Origin: Candidatus Zhuqueibacterota bacterium
Lineage (GTDB): Bacteria; Zhuqueibacterota; Zhuqueibacteria; Oceanimicrobiales; Oceanimicrobiaceae
DNA length: 64,000 nucleotides
Assembly: GCA_029262055.1 (NCBI GenBank)
Contig: JAJDAD010000002.1
Coordinates: 66,791 to 130,790, forward strand
Reading direction: 5' to 3'
Shown: in pieces, positions 53,245-63,899 of the stretch
Numbering within the stretch: the first letter of the stretch is position 1
Layout: each line of letters begins with the position of its first letter
Notes under the pieces: generated by a model
Seen by the model: the letters and a program-made list of their open reading frames with translations, nothing else
The model's database searches: none
Told to the model about the DNA's origin: nothing
Program-made: the position numbers and the translations under genes

Positions 53245-54993
53245 ATGGGGGTATCTGATATGACCAAGGCACAGATCGACGAACCGATTGGGCAGAAACC
53301 TCTCCTGCTGTGGCCTGGCGTGGCCATCGTGGTACTGCAATGGCTGGTCAGGTTTGGCGTTCCTGTTGTTCTTCCTGAGGCCACTGCTTTCGGGATTTTT
53401 GGAGGACTCTTGGGTTGGCTGATGATTGTCGTGTGGTGGTTGTTTTTTAGCCGTGCGCTGAGGCTCGAACGTTGGGGCGCAGTTGCATTGATGCTCATCG
53501 CACTGGCCGCCACGCCGCTCATTCTTCACAGGTCGATTGCAACGGCAATGCGGGGATTGATTTTCGTCTTTTATGCCACCCCGGTCATGAGTCTTGCTTT
53601 TGTTCTTTGGGCGATTGCCAGCCCTCGCCTCGCTGACGGTCCGCGACGCGCGGCTCTGGTTGTGACCATGCTTCTTGCGAGTGGCGTGTGGGCTTTTCTG
53701 CGCATGGAAGGCATGGGCTTCGGCGGCGGCGCACAGTTCGCATGGCGATGGTCGGAGACGTCCGAGGAACGATTCCTGGCGGGAGCAGTCGATGAGGAGA
53801 TAGCGCTGCCGTCGAATCCGGAAACTATGGCGAGTCGAGCTGCGTGGCCCGGTTTTCTCGGCCGCAATCGTGACGGTATCATTACTGGCGTGTGGATAGA
53901 GACTGACTGGTCTGCATCGCCACCCGTCGAACTTTGGCGCCGCCCCGTCGGTCCGGGCTGGGCGTCCTTCACGGCTAACAGCGATCTGCTCTACACTCAG
54001 GAGCAGCACGGTGAGGACGAGGTCATCGCCTGCTACAACCTGGCCACCGGCAAGCCGGAGTGGAGACACAGTGATCGTACCCGGTTCTGGGAGGCGATTG
54101 GCGGCGCCGGTCCGCGCGGCACACCGACCCTCAGCAACGGCTTTGTATATACATTCGGTGCCACCGGAATCCTGAATGTTCTCGACGGTGGTGACGGCAG
54201 CGTCATCTGGTCGCGCAACGCGGCGTCGGACGCGGGGGCGAAGCTGCCGTACTGGGGTTTCGCAAGCTCACCGTTGCTGGTCGATGACGCCGTCATCATC
54301 GCCGCCTCCGGTTCGCTTGCTGCCTATGACCGTGCCACCGGCGAACCGCGCTGGTTCGCCCCAGCCGGCGGTGTGAGTTATAGTTCACCACATCTGTTGA
54401 CGATCGACGGAGTCACTCAGATCCTCATGCTGAACGGAACCGGTGTGACCAGCGTCGCGCCGACCGACGGCGCTCGGCTCTGGCAGCACGCATGGCCTGG
54501 GGAATCCATCCTGCAGCCGGCTCTGACCCGGGCCGGGGACATTCTGGTCAGCGTGGGCCAGGGCAGCGGCATACGCCGCCTCGCTGTCAGACAGGGCCCC
54601 GACGGCTGGACCACCGAAGAACGCTGGACATCGGCGCGGCTGAAGCCCTACTACAGCCAGTTTGTCGTCCACCAAGGGCATGCCTTCGGTTTTGACGGAA
54701 GCATCCTGGCGTGCATCGACCTGGAGGATGGTAAGCGCAAGTGGAAGGGCGGACGGTACGGGGCCGGCCAGCTCCTCCTTTTGACCGAGCAAGATTTACT
54801 GCTGGTGCTATCAGAGAGAGGTGAGTTGGCTTTGGTCTCGGCTGCCTCGGAGAAGTTCAAAGAGATCGCGCGGGTCCCGGGGATTGATGGCAAGACCTGG
54901 AACCACCCGGTGTTAGTCGGCGACGTCTTGCTGGTTCGCAATGGCCAGGAGATGGCCGCATTTCGGTTGTCCATGGTTGGCGGCCACCTGTAA
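53245..54993 (+). CDS. Membrane-anchored PQQ-like beta-propeller repeat protein
   Basis: N-terminal TM helices, then repeated PQQ/BamB-like blades (e.g. GSVIWSRNA, GEPRWFAPAGG, GKRKWKGGRYG). Confidence 0.65.
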   Translation: MGVSDMTKAQIDEPIGQKPLLLWPGVAIVVLQWLVRFGVPVVLPEATAFGIFGGLLGWLMIVVWWLFFSRALRLERWGAVALMLIALAATPLILHRSIATAMRGLIFVFYATPVMSLAFVLWAIASPRLADGPRRAALVVTMLLASGVWAFLRMEGMGFGGGAQFAWRWSETSEERFLAGAVDEEIALPSNPETMASRAAWPGFLGRNRDGIITGVWIETDWSASPPVELWRRPVGPGWASFTANSDLLYTQEQHGEDEVIACYNLATGKPEWRHSDRTRFWEAIGGAGPRGTPTLSNGFVYTFGATGILNVLDGGDGSVIWSRNAASDAGAKLPYWGFASSPLLVDDAVIIAASGSLAAYDRATGEPRWFAPAGGVSYSSPHLLTIDGVTQILMLNGTGVTSVAPTDGARLWQHAWPGESILQPALTRAGDILVSVGQGSGIRRLAVRQGPDGWTTEERWTSARLKPYYSQFVVHQGHAFGFDGSILACIDLEDGKRKWKGGRYGAGQLLLLTEQDLLLVLSERGELALVSAASEKFKEIARVPGIDGKTWNHPVLVGDVLLVRNGQEMAAFRLSMVGGHL

Positions 54994-55148
54994 TCCAGCA
55001 CACAATCAGATAAGAATACATCACTGCCTTCCGTTTTTGAGGTCGAGCTTATGCTGATTACGTCCGGTCATGAGGGACATTGGGCGCCGGCCCCGTGATC
55101 TGCCCGGTCGGCAAAACGACTGTTGGGAATGGGTGTTTGGCGGCTCAG

Positions 55149-55703
55149 TCAACCGGCATTGTCGTAAGCGGTTTGCAGCCATGCAATAACTTCTTCGTCA
55201 ATATCATTCACATTAGAGAGATTGATCTTGTGCGAACACATCGAGTTGGCTTTTGTTATTGCTTCGAGTTTTGACGTTGGTTCCTGACCTTTGAGATTCA
55301 GACCAATTTCAAACCTCGTTTTTGTTGCCGGTTGTAGAATGGCAAACTGTTTCTTCCGTCTCAGACTCACATAAGCCTTCTTTGGGGCTATCTCCACGTC
55401 CTTCCCGAATTGCCGGATTTCGGCGATCAGTTTTTCATAGAGTGCCTCAAAATGCTCCTTACCCTGATATTGTTTTGCTATGAGTTCATTCTTGTCCTCG
55501 ACAGAACCGGCGTCTGAGCTTCTTGCTTTGTGAGCAACCAGGTTGGCAAATCCGTACGTGAAAGCGTGCTCCGTTTTGAGAAATTTGATTATTTCTCCGT
55601 GCTTTTCAAAGTTCTCTCTTCTCACAATCGCGATCCACTGTTCCAGGGTCTTACCGGTGTTCTTGTGCAGATTTTCCACCATCGTTGTTTCTGCCGTTGT
55701 CAT
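55149..55703 (-). CDS. DUF4287/DUF5655 domain protein
   Basis: MTTAETTMVENLHKNTGKTLEQWIAIVRR... (DUF4287-like), then a DUF5655-like C-terminal half. Confidence 0.55.
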   Translation of the reverse strand: MTTAETTMVENLHKNTGKTLEQWIAIVRRENFEKHGEIIKFLKTEHAFTYGFANLVAHKARSSDAGSVEDKNELIAKQYQGKEHFEALYEKLIAEIRQFGKDVEIAPKKAYVSLRRKKQFAILQPATKTRFEIGLNLKGQEPTSKLEAITKANSMCSHKINLSNVNDIDEEVIAWLQTAYDNAG

Positions 55704-56125
55704 TTCGTCACCTTTCTTTTTAGTTTAACAGAGCAGAATTTGGCCATCTTTCCTTAAACGGCTGAGTCGCTTTTTGCATCCGGTCCGCGTGCAAGGGTTG
55801 TCAGACATTTTGGTTCGGTTCCCGGATCGATCCCTTGATCTCTCCGGGATAAAGGAGACTGAGAAAATTGCAGCACAAAGCGGTTGCTCAGCGCCGGCCA
55901 TTTCAGTAGATTAATGCAACTAGCTGCAACCCAATGCATACGTACCATCCCACTTGTGCCGACGATCGGACCAGCCAGGAAGAAGCGCCTTGTTCTTCAA
56001 AAGAAGCGCATTAGGTCGTCCGGGACCCGGCAATGCAGCGCAATAACAAGTCAAGCGGGAAGCGGGTTCCTGGATGCTGTCACCCGTGCAATTAATCTCT
56101 CCAAAGGAAGACTAAGGCCTGCACT

Positions 56126-56362
56126 ATGAGTAAACCACAACCCAAAAACCCACTGCACGGCAAGACCCTGGAACACATTGTGACAAGCCTGGTCGAGCAT
56201 TATGGCTGGCACGAATTGGGTATGCACATCAACATCCGTTGTTTCAATTTTGATCCGTCAGTGAAATCCAGCCTGAAGTTCTTGCGGAAAACCCCCTGGG
56301 CCCGGAAGAAAGTCGAGGACTTATTCATTGCCACGCAGAAAAATGTGGATGATGATGCCTGA
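56126..56362 (+). CDS. VF530/DUF2132-family small protein
   Basis: [25 protein letters not shown]...[27 protein letters not shown] matches the VF530 signature. Confidence 0.6.
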   Translation: MSKPQPKNPLHGKTLEHIVTSLVEHYGWHELGMHINIRCFNFDPSVKSSLKFLRKTPWARKKVEDLFIATQKNVDDDA

Positions 56363-56518
56363 GCGCAGATACTTCCGGACTACACCGCCGCCAACACCGC
56401 AACTGAGGACAATGACCCTGGCTGGATGACGCGGTGTCCTGGCTGAAGAAAGCCCGCAAGGGTCTATATCCGGTTAGAGATAACGGCCTGTATTTACAGT
56501 ACGTCGGATACTCGAGTT

Positions 56519-59500
56519 TTAACCCACCAATTCCGTCTCCAGCGGCCCTTCGGTTTTCTGCAATTCTGCTGCAATCCCACCGGTGCCTTCCTTTGAGAAA
56601 TAAGAATAGATCGCGGGAATCACAAAGAGCGTCAGGAAGCTGGCCAGAACCAGACCGCCAATCACCGCAATTCCCATCGACACCCGGCTCTCCGAGCCAG
56701 CGCCCAGCGCCAATGCGATTGGCAGAATGCCGAGGACCGTAGACAAACTGGTCATCAGGATGGGCCGGAAACGGGCAACCGAGGCGTCCAGAATGGCATC
56801 CATTGCGGACAGGCCCTGTTGCTTGCGCTGATTGGCAAACTCGACAATCAAGATTCCGTTTTTGGTCACCAGGCCGATGAGCATGATTTGGCCAATTTGG
56901 CTGAAAATATTGAGCGTCTGACCGAAGTACCACAGGGAAAACAGCGCGCCACCCAAGGCCAGCGGCACGGTAAACATAATAATGAACGGGTCGCGGAAAC
57001 TCTCGAATTGCGCTGCCAGAATCAAATAAATGAGCACGATTGCCAGCGCAAACGCAAACCCGAGGCTGGATGAACTGTCCTTGAAATCGCGTGCCTGGCC
57101 GGCAAGGTCAGTGGCGAAGGAGTCGTCCAGCACTTTTGCCGCGACTTCGTCCATTGCCTTAATGCCGTCGCCGATGGTCACGCCCTTCGCCATTGAGGCC
57201 CCGACCGTGGCAGAGACATACCGGTTAAAGCGGTAGCGCTGCGGCGGACTGCTCTCCTCCACCAGGTTAACCAGGTTGTCCAACTGGATGATTTCGCCCT
57301 GCTTGTTTTTAACGAAGAGCGACTTCAAGTCCAGCGGGTCGTTGCGATCTTCGCGGCCAACCTGTCCGATCACCTGGTACTGTTTTCCGTTCATGATAAA
57401 AAACCCGAAGCGCTGCCCGCTGAAAGCCAGTTGCATGGTCTGTGCGATATCAAGGGTTGACACACCCAGGGCGCGGGCACGCTCGCGGTCGATCTCGACG
57501 CGAATCTCAGGTTTGTTAAACTTCAGGTCGGCGTTGACAAACTGAAAATTCGGGTTCTGCCGGGCTTCTTCCAGGAACTTGGGCAGGACCTCTTTCAGTT
57601 TTTCAAAATTCGGCGCCTGCAAAACATATTGCAGCGGCAGTCCGAACGACCGTCGCCCGATGGATTCAAACTGCTTCACGAAAGACTGCGCCCCGCTCAA
57701 CTGCCCAAGCTCGCCGGTCAGTTGGTCGGCGACCGCCTGCTGCGACCGCTCTCTGTCGTCAGGATGCTTCAGGATCATGTACATAAAGCCTGAGTTCACC
57801 GAACTGGCAGCGCCAAAACCCGGCGACGTCAACGTTATGATGGCCTCCTTTTCCGGCACGGAGTTTACGGACGCGGAGATCAATTCATCCATGTAGCGAT
57901 CCATGTATTCGAAAGTGGCGCCCTCAGGCGCGGTCGAGAAAACCAGAAGGCCACTGCGGTCTTCAATGGGAGCCAACTCTGAAGACAGCATCTTGCCGAA
58001 GGCTACGATCGCGACACAGGAAACAGCGACAATCACAAAAGCCAGCCAGCGGCGCTGCATGAATGTTTCCAGAGATTTCTTGTAGTTGCCGGTGAGCCTG
58101 TTGAAGAATGGCTCGGTGCGCAGATAGAATTGACTGTGTTTCTGCTGCCGGCGCAACAGCCGGGTGCTGATCATCGGGGTGAGCGACAACGCGACAAACG
58201 AAGAAATCACCACGGCACCTGCCAGCACGATACCGAATTCCCGGAACAGCCGCCCGGTAAAGCCTTGCAGGAACATGATTGGCAGAAACACCGCGACCAG
58301 CGCCACGGTGGTGGCGATGACCGCAAAGTAAACCTCCTTGGCTCCCTTCAGACCTGCGGTGAAGCGATCCATGCCCTGTTCGATTTTTGCATAAATATTT
58401 TCCAGCATGACGATGGCGTCATCCACCACCAGTCCGATGGCGAGTACAATTCCGAGCAGCGTCAAAATGTTGATGGCAAAGCCAGCAATGTACATGATGA
58501 AGAAAGCGCCGATCAGGGATATCGGAATGGTGATGACCGGGATAATCGTCGTGCGCCAATCGCGCAGGAAAGCGAAGATGACGAGAACCACGAGGCCAAA
58601 GGCCACAAAAATGGTCTGAATTACTTCGAAAATCGCTGACCGAATATATTTTGTGGAGTCAAAGCCGAGGCCTAGCACGATGTCTTCCGGCAGATCTTTC
58701 TTGATCTGATCCACTCTTTTATAAAACTCATCAACGATGGCGATGTAGTTGGCGCCCGGTTGTGGGATGAGCACAACGCCCACCATCGGGGTACCGTCAC
58801 GCTTCAAAATCGTGCGGTAATTCTCCGGCCCTAATTCCGCACGGCCGATGTCGCGGAAGCGAACCACGATGCCGTCCGCGTCCTTAACCACCAGCTTGTT
58901 AAAATCTTCCACGGTTAGCAGGCGGCCCATGGTACGAACGGTTAGCTCCGTGTGCGTGCCTTCAATTCTGCCCGCCGGCAACTCCACATTTTCACGAGTC
59001 AGGGCGTCGCGCACATCCAACGGCGTCAGCTTGTAAGCCGCCAATTTCCCCGGATCGATCCAAAGCCGCATGGCGTAGCGTTTGGAGCCCCAGACCTGAA
59101 CATTGCTCACGTCCGGAATGGTCTGCAGCCGTTCCTTGAAATCATTGATCGCGATGTTCGAGATTTCGAGCAGATCGCGTCTGCTGCTGGAAATGTTCAG
59201 GAAGACAATCGGCACCGCGTTCGCGTCTGCTTTCGACACCACCGGGTTGTCGACATCAGGAGGCAGCCGGCGGATGGCCTGGGAGACTTTGTCGCGCACA
59301 TCGTTGGTGGCCGCTTCCAGATCGACACTCAGGTCGAATTCAACCGTGACCGTGCTCCGGCCCTCGCGGCTGACCGAGGAAATCGTGCGAATGCCGGCGA
59401 TGCCGCTTATCGACTCCTCCAGCGGCTCAGTGATCTGTGACTCGATGACGTCGGCATTCGCGCCGGTGTAATTGGTCACCGCCGTAACGATGGGCGGATC

Positions 59501-59620
59501 AACACTTGGAAACTCACGCACACCCAGATAGTTGAAGCCGATGGCACCGAACAGAACAATGGTGATCGACATTACAAGTGCCAACACGGGACGACTGATG
59601 GAAACTGCTGACAGACTCAT
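56519..59620 (-). CDS. RND efflux transporter permease (AcrB/HAE1 family)
   Basis: 1033 aa, 12-TM topology with two large periplasmic loops. The N-terminus is MSLSAVSISRPVLALVMSITIVLFG. Confidence 0.9.
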   Translation of the reverse strand: MSLSAVSISRPVLALVMSITIVLFGAIGFNYLGVREFPSVDPPIVTAVTNYTGANADVIESQITEPLEESISGIAGIRTISSVSREGRSTVTVEFDLSVDLEAATNDVRDKVSQAIRRLPPDVDNPVVSKADANAVPIVFLNISSSRRDLLEISNIAINDFKERLQTIPDVSNVQVWGSKRYAMRLWIDPGKLAAYKLTPLDVRDALTRENVELPAGRIEGTHTELTVRTMGRLLTVEDFNKLVVKDADGIVVRFRDIGRAELGPENYRTILKRDGTPMVGVVLIPQPGANYIAIVDEFYKRVDQIKKDLPEDIVLGLGFDSTKYIRSAIFEVIQTIFVAFGLVVLVIFAFLRDWRTTIIPVITIPISLIGAFFIMYIAGFAINILTLLGIVLAIGLVVDDAIVMLENIYAKIEQGMDRFTAGLKGAKEVYFAVIATTVALVAVFLPIMFLQGFTGRLFREFGIVLAGAVVISSFVALSLTPMISTRLLRRQQKHSQFYLRTEPFFNRLTGNYKKSLETFMQRRWLAFVIVAVSCVAIVAFGKMLSSELAPIEDRSGLLVFSTAPEGATFEYMDRYMDELISASVNSVPEKEAIITLTSPGFGAASSVNSGFMYMILKHPDDRERSQQAVADQLTGELGQLSGAQSFVKQFESIGRRSFGLPLQYVLQAPNFEKLKEVLPKFLEEARQNPNFQFVNADLKFNKPEIRVEIDRERARALGVSTLDIAQTMQLAFSGQRFGFFIMNGKQYQVIGQVGREDRNDPLDLKSLFVKNKQGEIIQLDNLVNLVEESSPPQRYRFNRYVSATVGASMAKGVTIGDGIKAMDEVAAKVLDDSFATDLAGQARDFKDSSSSLGFAFALAIVLIYLILAAQFESFRDPFIIMFTVPLALGGALFSLWYFGQTLNIFSQIGQIMLIGLVTKNGILIVEFANQRKQQGLSAMDAILDASVARFRPILMTSLSTVLGILPIALALGAGSESRVSMGIAVIGGLVLASFLTLFVIPAIYSYFSKEGTGGIAAELQKTEGPLETELVG

Positions 59621-59660
59621 TTTATACCTCAGTTTGTGCCTGGCCCAAATACGGGCACGA

Positions 59661-60764
59661 CTATTCGACTTTGGTTACGGAGACAGCGGAACCCAGCCGC
59701 ACCTGCAGAATTCCCGTAGTCAGGACAGAATCTCCCGGCTGCACGCCTGCGGTGATTTGAATACTGGCTTCCGTTCGCAAACCGGTCTCAACCGGTTGCG
59801 GGGCTACTTTCCCATCTTTTAACAGGTAAATTCTCTGGCCATTGAGATATGGAATGATAGACTCGGTCGGCACCATTAACGCATCTTCGATCTCATCGAG
59901 CACGAGTTCTACTTCAACAAAAGAACCGGCCAAAATGCGTCCGCCCGGATTGGGGCTGAGCGCTCTCAGACGCGCTGTCCGCGTGACCGGGTCGACCTTG
60001 GGCTCGATGGCGTAGACTTCACCTTTGAAAACATCATCAGAGCCCTGGATCTTAAACGAAATCTCGTTGCCCTTGCTGACCTGTGCTACATATTTTCCGG
60101 GAATTGAAAAATCGACTTTCACCGGATCCGTGGCAAGCAGGTTCGCAATTCTGGTATTCGGGGACATGTAACTGCCCAGGCTGACATAGCGCAACCCGAT
60201 GGTCCCGTCGAACGGAGCGATAATTTCGGTCTTGGCCAATTGCGCGCTGATCAAATCGACTTCCGCCTTCTGGACGTTGAGTTCATTTAGGATAATATCG
60301 TAGTCTTGCTGGCTGATCGCGTCGATCTCGAACTGCTTGCGGCCTCGCTCTTCTTTCTGCTGCGCTAACTGTTTTTGAAACTCTGCCTTCTTTAGCCGGG
60401 CCTGCAGCTCTTCATCGTTGGAACGCAGGAGCAGTTGGCCCTGTTTTACGCGGCTTCCTTCTTCAAAGAAGATCGCAGTTACTTTTCCGGATATTTCGCT
60501 CTGCAGCTCGACTTCTTCGTTGGCCAGAACGGTTCCGGTGGTCAGGATTTTGTCCTGCAAGCGTCCGGGCTGCACGATCATGACCGAAACCGGGGTCGCA
60601 GGCGGCCGAAAAGCGGCCGCATCGTTGGGGCCCTTATCTACCGATTTTAACCTCGGAATGACAAAAGAGAGGATTATCGCCACTAAGACTGCTCCGAGGA
60701 TGAGTTTGCTCTTGGAAAAGTTCATGTTATTGTTGCCAAATCCCTTCGTGGTTATAGATGACAC
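59661..60764 (-). CDS. RND efflux periplasmic adaptor (membrane fusion protein, AcrA/HlyD family)
   Basis: N-terminal TM/signal, coiled-coil hairpin, beta-barrel domain. The stop codon lies 40 bp upstream of the RND permease. Confidence 0.85.
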   Translation of the reverse strand: MSSITTKGFGNNNMNFSKSKLILGAVLVAIILSFVIPRLKSVDKGPNDAAAFRPPATPVSVMIVQPGRLQDKILTTGTVLANEEVELQSEISGKVTAIFFEEGSRVKQGQLLLRSNDEELQARLKKAEFQKQLAQQKEERGRKQFEIDAISQQDYDIILNELNVQKAEVDLISAQLAKTEIIAPFDGTIGLRYVSLGSYMSPNTRIANLLATDPVKVDFSIPGKYVAQVSKGNEISFKIQGSDDVFKGEVYAIEPKVDPVTRTARLRALSPNPGGRILAGSFVEVELVLDEIEDALMVPTESIIPYLNGQRIYLLKDGKVAPQPVETGLRTEASIQITAGVQPGDSVLTTGILQVRLGSAVSVTKVE

Positions 60765-60902
60765 GTGGTGAATTTCAAACTTAGGAAATTGTAGTTCAAA
60801 TGAAAACAGAAATCCACCAAAGGCACGCTTTGATGAGCAAATACCATCGGCGCTCTGACGACGCAGATTACTTAAGCGTGATGCCGCAGGTAGAATCTAC
60901 CC

Positions 60903-61036
60903 GGTCAATGAAGGATTCTTCGCGCCTAATGGCTTTCTTGACCCAGAAATCTGTCATTTCGCGTTCAGAATGACGTCAAGTTCGAAGTGGGAATGTTAGT
61001 CATGCGCAGGCGATTTACTAACATTTCTCACTTCAG
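60903..61036. repeat. Palindromic interspersed repeat, family A, copy 4 (right half)
   Basis: aaggattcttcgcgc...cgcgttcagaatgacgtcaagttcgaagtgggaatg...acatttctcacttcag. A further tail fragment lies at 61262-61290 (ggtaagtgagaaatgtgagtgat). Confidence 0.6.
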
Positions 61037-61072
61037 AGATTGTAATTAATTATAGGTTCTTATGTAACTAAC

Positions 61073-61243
61073 TAAGCAACCTCCACTCCTGGGAGGGGAC
61101 AGATTCTAACTCGTGCAGAGTTAGAATCAGGGGTGGGTCCGTGGTATGCGGCCAGGTGTAGCACCCTCCCCGGCTCAAAACGCTAAACGCGATTTGAACC
61201 TGCTCCTCCGCGCGCGTTGCGCGTTTGGAGGGGATTTACCTTC
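61073..61243. repeat. Structured interspersed repeat, family B, copy 2
   Basis: aactaagcaacctccactcctgggagggg...gattctaactcgtgcagagttagaatc...ccgcgcgcgttgcgcgtttggaggggattt. Hairpin 2 carries a compensatory A/T swap relative to copy 1. Confidence 0.7.
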
Positions 61244-61416
61244 TGACATTGCTTCGGGTCAGCGGAAGGTAAGTGAGAAATGTGAGTGATTTATTCTTTT
61301 GATAATAACGAATGAGCCGCCGCGCGTTCGACAGGGCAGGCGACCTTTTCTTGTTTCATACGATGTTCGCCTTGATTATATTTCCTGAACCTATCCTTTT
61401 CACCTTTCGAGCCTGA

Positions 61417-62568
61417 ATGACACCCTTACGCGACCTCTTCTTGCTGCGTCCCGAAATAGTCTTTCTAAACCACGGGTCTTTTGGCGCCTGCCCCAAACCG
61501 GTTTTTGAGGTTTACCAGAATTGGCAGATCGAGCTTGAACGGGAACCGGTAGAGTTTCTTGGCCGGCGTTTTGCCGGCCTGATGCAGGAAGCCCGCGGTT
61601 CGTTGAGCGAGTTTTTAGGCACGCAGCGGGACAATCTGATATTTGTCCCCAACGCCACCACCGGACTTAACCTGGTTGCGCGCTCCTTGCCGTTGCAACC
61701 GGGCGATGAAGTTCTGGCCACAAACCAGGAATACGGCGCCATCGACCGGGTCTGGCAATTTATCTGTCAAAAGCGCGGTGGACGCTACGTGCGCCAGCCC
61801 TTAACTCTTCCGGTTCGATCCGCAGCCGAATTGGTCGACGAATTCTGGCAAGGTGTGACTGACCGGACCCGCGTCATTCTTCTCAGTCACATCACCTCGG
61901 TGACAGCCCTCATTTTGCCGATAGAAAAAATTATCGCGCGCGCAAAATCAGCGGGATTGCTGGTCGTGATCGACGGGGCGCATACCGCCGGCCAGTTGCC
62001 GCTCGACCTGGATTCCCTGTCTGTCGATTTCTACGCCGGTAACTGCCACAAGTGGATGATGGCCCCGAAAGGCGCCGGTTTTTTATACGTACATCCGGAC
62101 AGACAGTCTTTGATTTCACCGTTGGTGATCAGTTGGGGAGACAAATCCCTCGCTGATTCAGCCTATATCCAGGAAAACGAATACCAGGGCACGCTCGACA
62201 TTGCCGCCTATCTTACCATCTCGGATGTAATCTCTTTTATGAAAAATCACAACTGGCCGGCGGAACAGGAACGCTGTCACCGGCTGGTACGCCGGGCGCG
62301 CCTGCGCCTGGCCGAGATAACCGGCCTGGAGCCTCTCTGCCAGGACAGCGAGGTTTGGTTTCGGCAAATGCTGGCGCATCCCCTGCCAAACCTGGACGGC
62401 GAAAAGTTACACCAGAGGTTGTTCAATGAGTTCGGCATCGAAATACCCGTAAATGAGATTAACGGCGAACAGTTCATTCGCATCTCCGCGCAAGGGTACA
62501 ATTCAGACGCCGACGTCGACACCTTCCTGACGGCCTTCGAAAAACTCATTGCCGAGATGGTTCACTAA
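61417..62568 (+). CDS. Class-V aminotransferase-fold PLP enzyme (cysteine desulfurase / isopenicillin-N epimerase-like)
   Basis: VFLNHGSFGACP at the N-terminus, and the PLP-lysine region YAGNCHKWMMAPKGAGFLYV. Confidence 0.7.
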   Translation: MTPLRDLFLLRPEIVFLNHGSFGACPKPVFEVYQNWQIELEREPVEFLGRRFAGLMQEARGSLSEFLGTQRDNLIFVPNATTGLNLVARSLPLQPGDEVLATNQEYGAIDRVWQFICQKRGGRYVRQPLTLPVRSAAELVDEFWQGVTDRTRVILLSHITSVTALILPIEKIIARAKSAGLLVVIDGAHTAGQLPLDLDSLSVDFYAGNCHKWMMAPKGAGFLYVHPDRQSLISPLVISWGDKSLADSAYIQENEYQGTLDIAAYLTISDVISFMKNHNWPAEQERCHRLVRRARLRLAEITGLEPLCQDSEVWFRQMLAHPLPNLDGEKLHQRLFNEFGIEIPVNEINGEQFIRISAQGYNSDADVDTFLTAFEKLIAEMVH

Positions 62569-62582
62569 CCGGGAGAAACTCT

Positions 62583-63899
62583 GTGCAAAAGCTGCGACGG
62601 GATTTGTCTTTGTATGGTCTCACGATGGTGGCGGTCGGTTCCTGCATTGGCTCCGGCATCTTTCTGACCCCCTCACAGGTCGCAGCGCACCTGGGAACGC
62701 CGGGCCTGATTCTCTCCGCGTGGGCGCTTGGCGGGCTTATCGCCCTGACCGGCGCGCTCACCTTTGCCGAGCTGGGTGGCATGTACCCGCAGGCTGGCGG
62801 TGTTTACGTTTATCTCAAAGAAGCCTATGGGCCTGTTGCCGGTTTCATGTACGGCTGGGCCTATTTGACTGTGATTAACTCCGGCTCGCTGGCTGCATTG
62901 AGCCTGGCATTCACGTACTATGTTTCTTTTGTCATCCCGGTTTCCGCTGCAATGCAAACCCCATTTGCTGTTGCCACTATTGTCACAATTACACTGATGA
63001 ATATCTTTCGGGTCAAATTTTCGGAGTATTTTTCCAATGTGTTCACCGGCCTGAAGCTGATCGGCATCGCAGCAGTGGTCCTGATCGGCTTGTTTCTCGG
63101 CTCTCATGTCAACCTGACAGAGAGTGTCGCACCCATAACCACCACCTCCGGAAGTCTGGCCGGTGCCTTTGGACTGGCCATGGTCGGGGTCCTCTGGTCG
63201 TACGGCGGCTGGCAGCACGCCTCCTACCTGTCCGGAGAGGCCAGGGACGCAGGCAGAGCCATCCCGCGCGCCATGGTCCTCGGCGCTTTGATCGTGACCG
63301 TAGTCTATCTCCTGGTCAATCTGAGCTATATGTTTCTGCTGCCGGCCGCGGAAATCGCCCAGGCCCGCAGTCTGGCGGCGGATGCTGTCCAAACCGTCAT
63401 ACCGTGGGGCGGTAGTTTGGTGGCAATCATTATCGCCATTTCAACGCTTGGCACAGCTCTCATTTACATGTTTTCCGCGCCCAGGATTTACTTTGCCATG
63501 GCTGATGACGGTCTGTTCTTCAAGAAGATAGCGACGGTTCATCCCCGATACCGCACTCCGGTAAACGCCGTTCTGCTGCAATCATTCTGGGCAATCATAC
63601 TGCTGCTTTTGTGGGGCACTTTTGAGGAAGTCATCACCTACGTAACCTTCACGGATTGGATATTTTTTATGTTAGCTGCCTGCGCGGTCATCCTTTTCAG
63701 GTATAAACGAGAAGATGTCGTGCGACCCGTGCGGACTTTTGGCTACCCGCTGACGCCGCTCATTTTCATCACCACATCGTTTTTGTTTGTCATAAATACA
63801 CTGATTGAAAAACCGATCCAGGCCGGCGCCGGACTTGCGCTAATGTTGATCGGGTTGCTGGTTTACCGGTATTTTACGAGGGCTTCCCGAACAGCGTAG
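62583..63899 (+). CDS. APC-family amino acid permease; GTG start
   Basis: GLTMVAVGSCIGSGIFLTPSQVA and 12 predicted TM helices over 438 aa. Confidence 0.8.
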   Translation: MQKLRRDLSLYGLTMVAVGSCIGSGIFLTPSQVAAHLGTPGLILSAWALGGLIALTGALTFAELGGMYPQAGGVYVYLKEAYGPVAGFMYGWAYLTVINSGSLAALSLAFTYYVSFVIPVSAAMQTPFAVATIVTITLMNIFRVKFSEYFSNVFTGLKLIGIAAVVLIGLFLGSHVNLTESVAPITTTSGSLAGAFGLAMVGVLWSYGGWQHASYLSGEARDAGRAIPRAMVLGALIVTVVYLLVNLSYMFLLPAAEIAQARSLAADAVQTVIPWGGSLVAIIIAISTLGTALIYMFSAPRIYFAMADDGLFFKKIATVHPRYRTPVNAVLLQSFWAIILLLLWGTFEEVITYVTFTDWIFFMLAACAVILFRYKREDVVRPVRTFGYPLTPLIFITTSFLFVINTLIEKPIQAGAGLALMLIGLLVYRYFTRASRTA

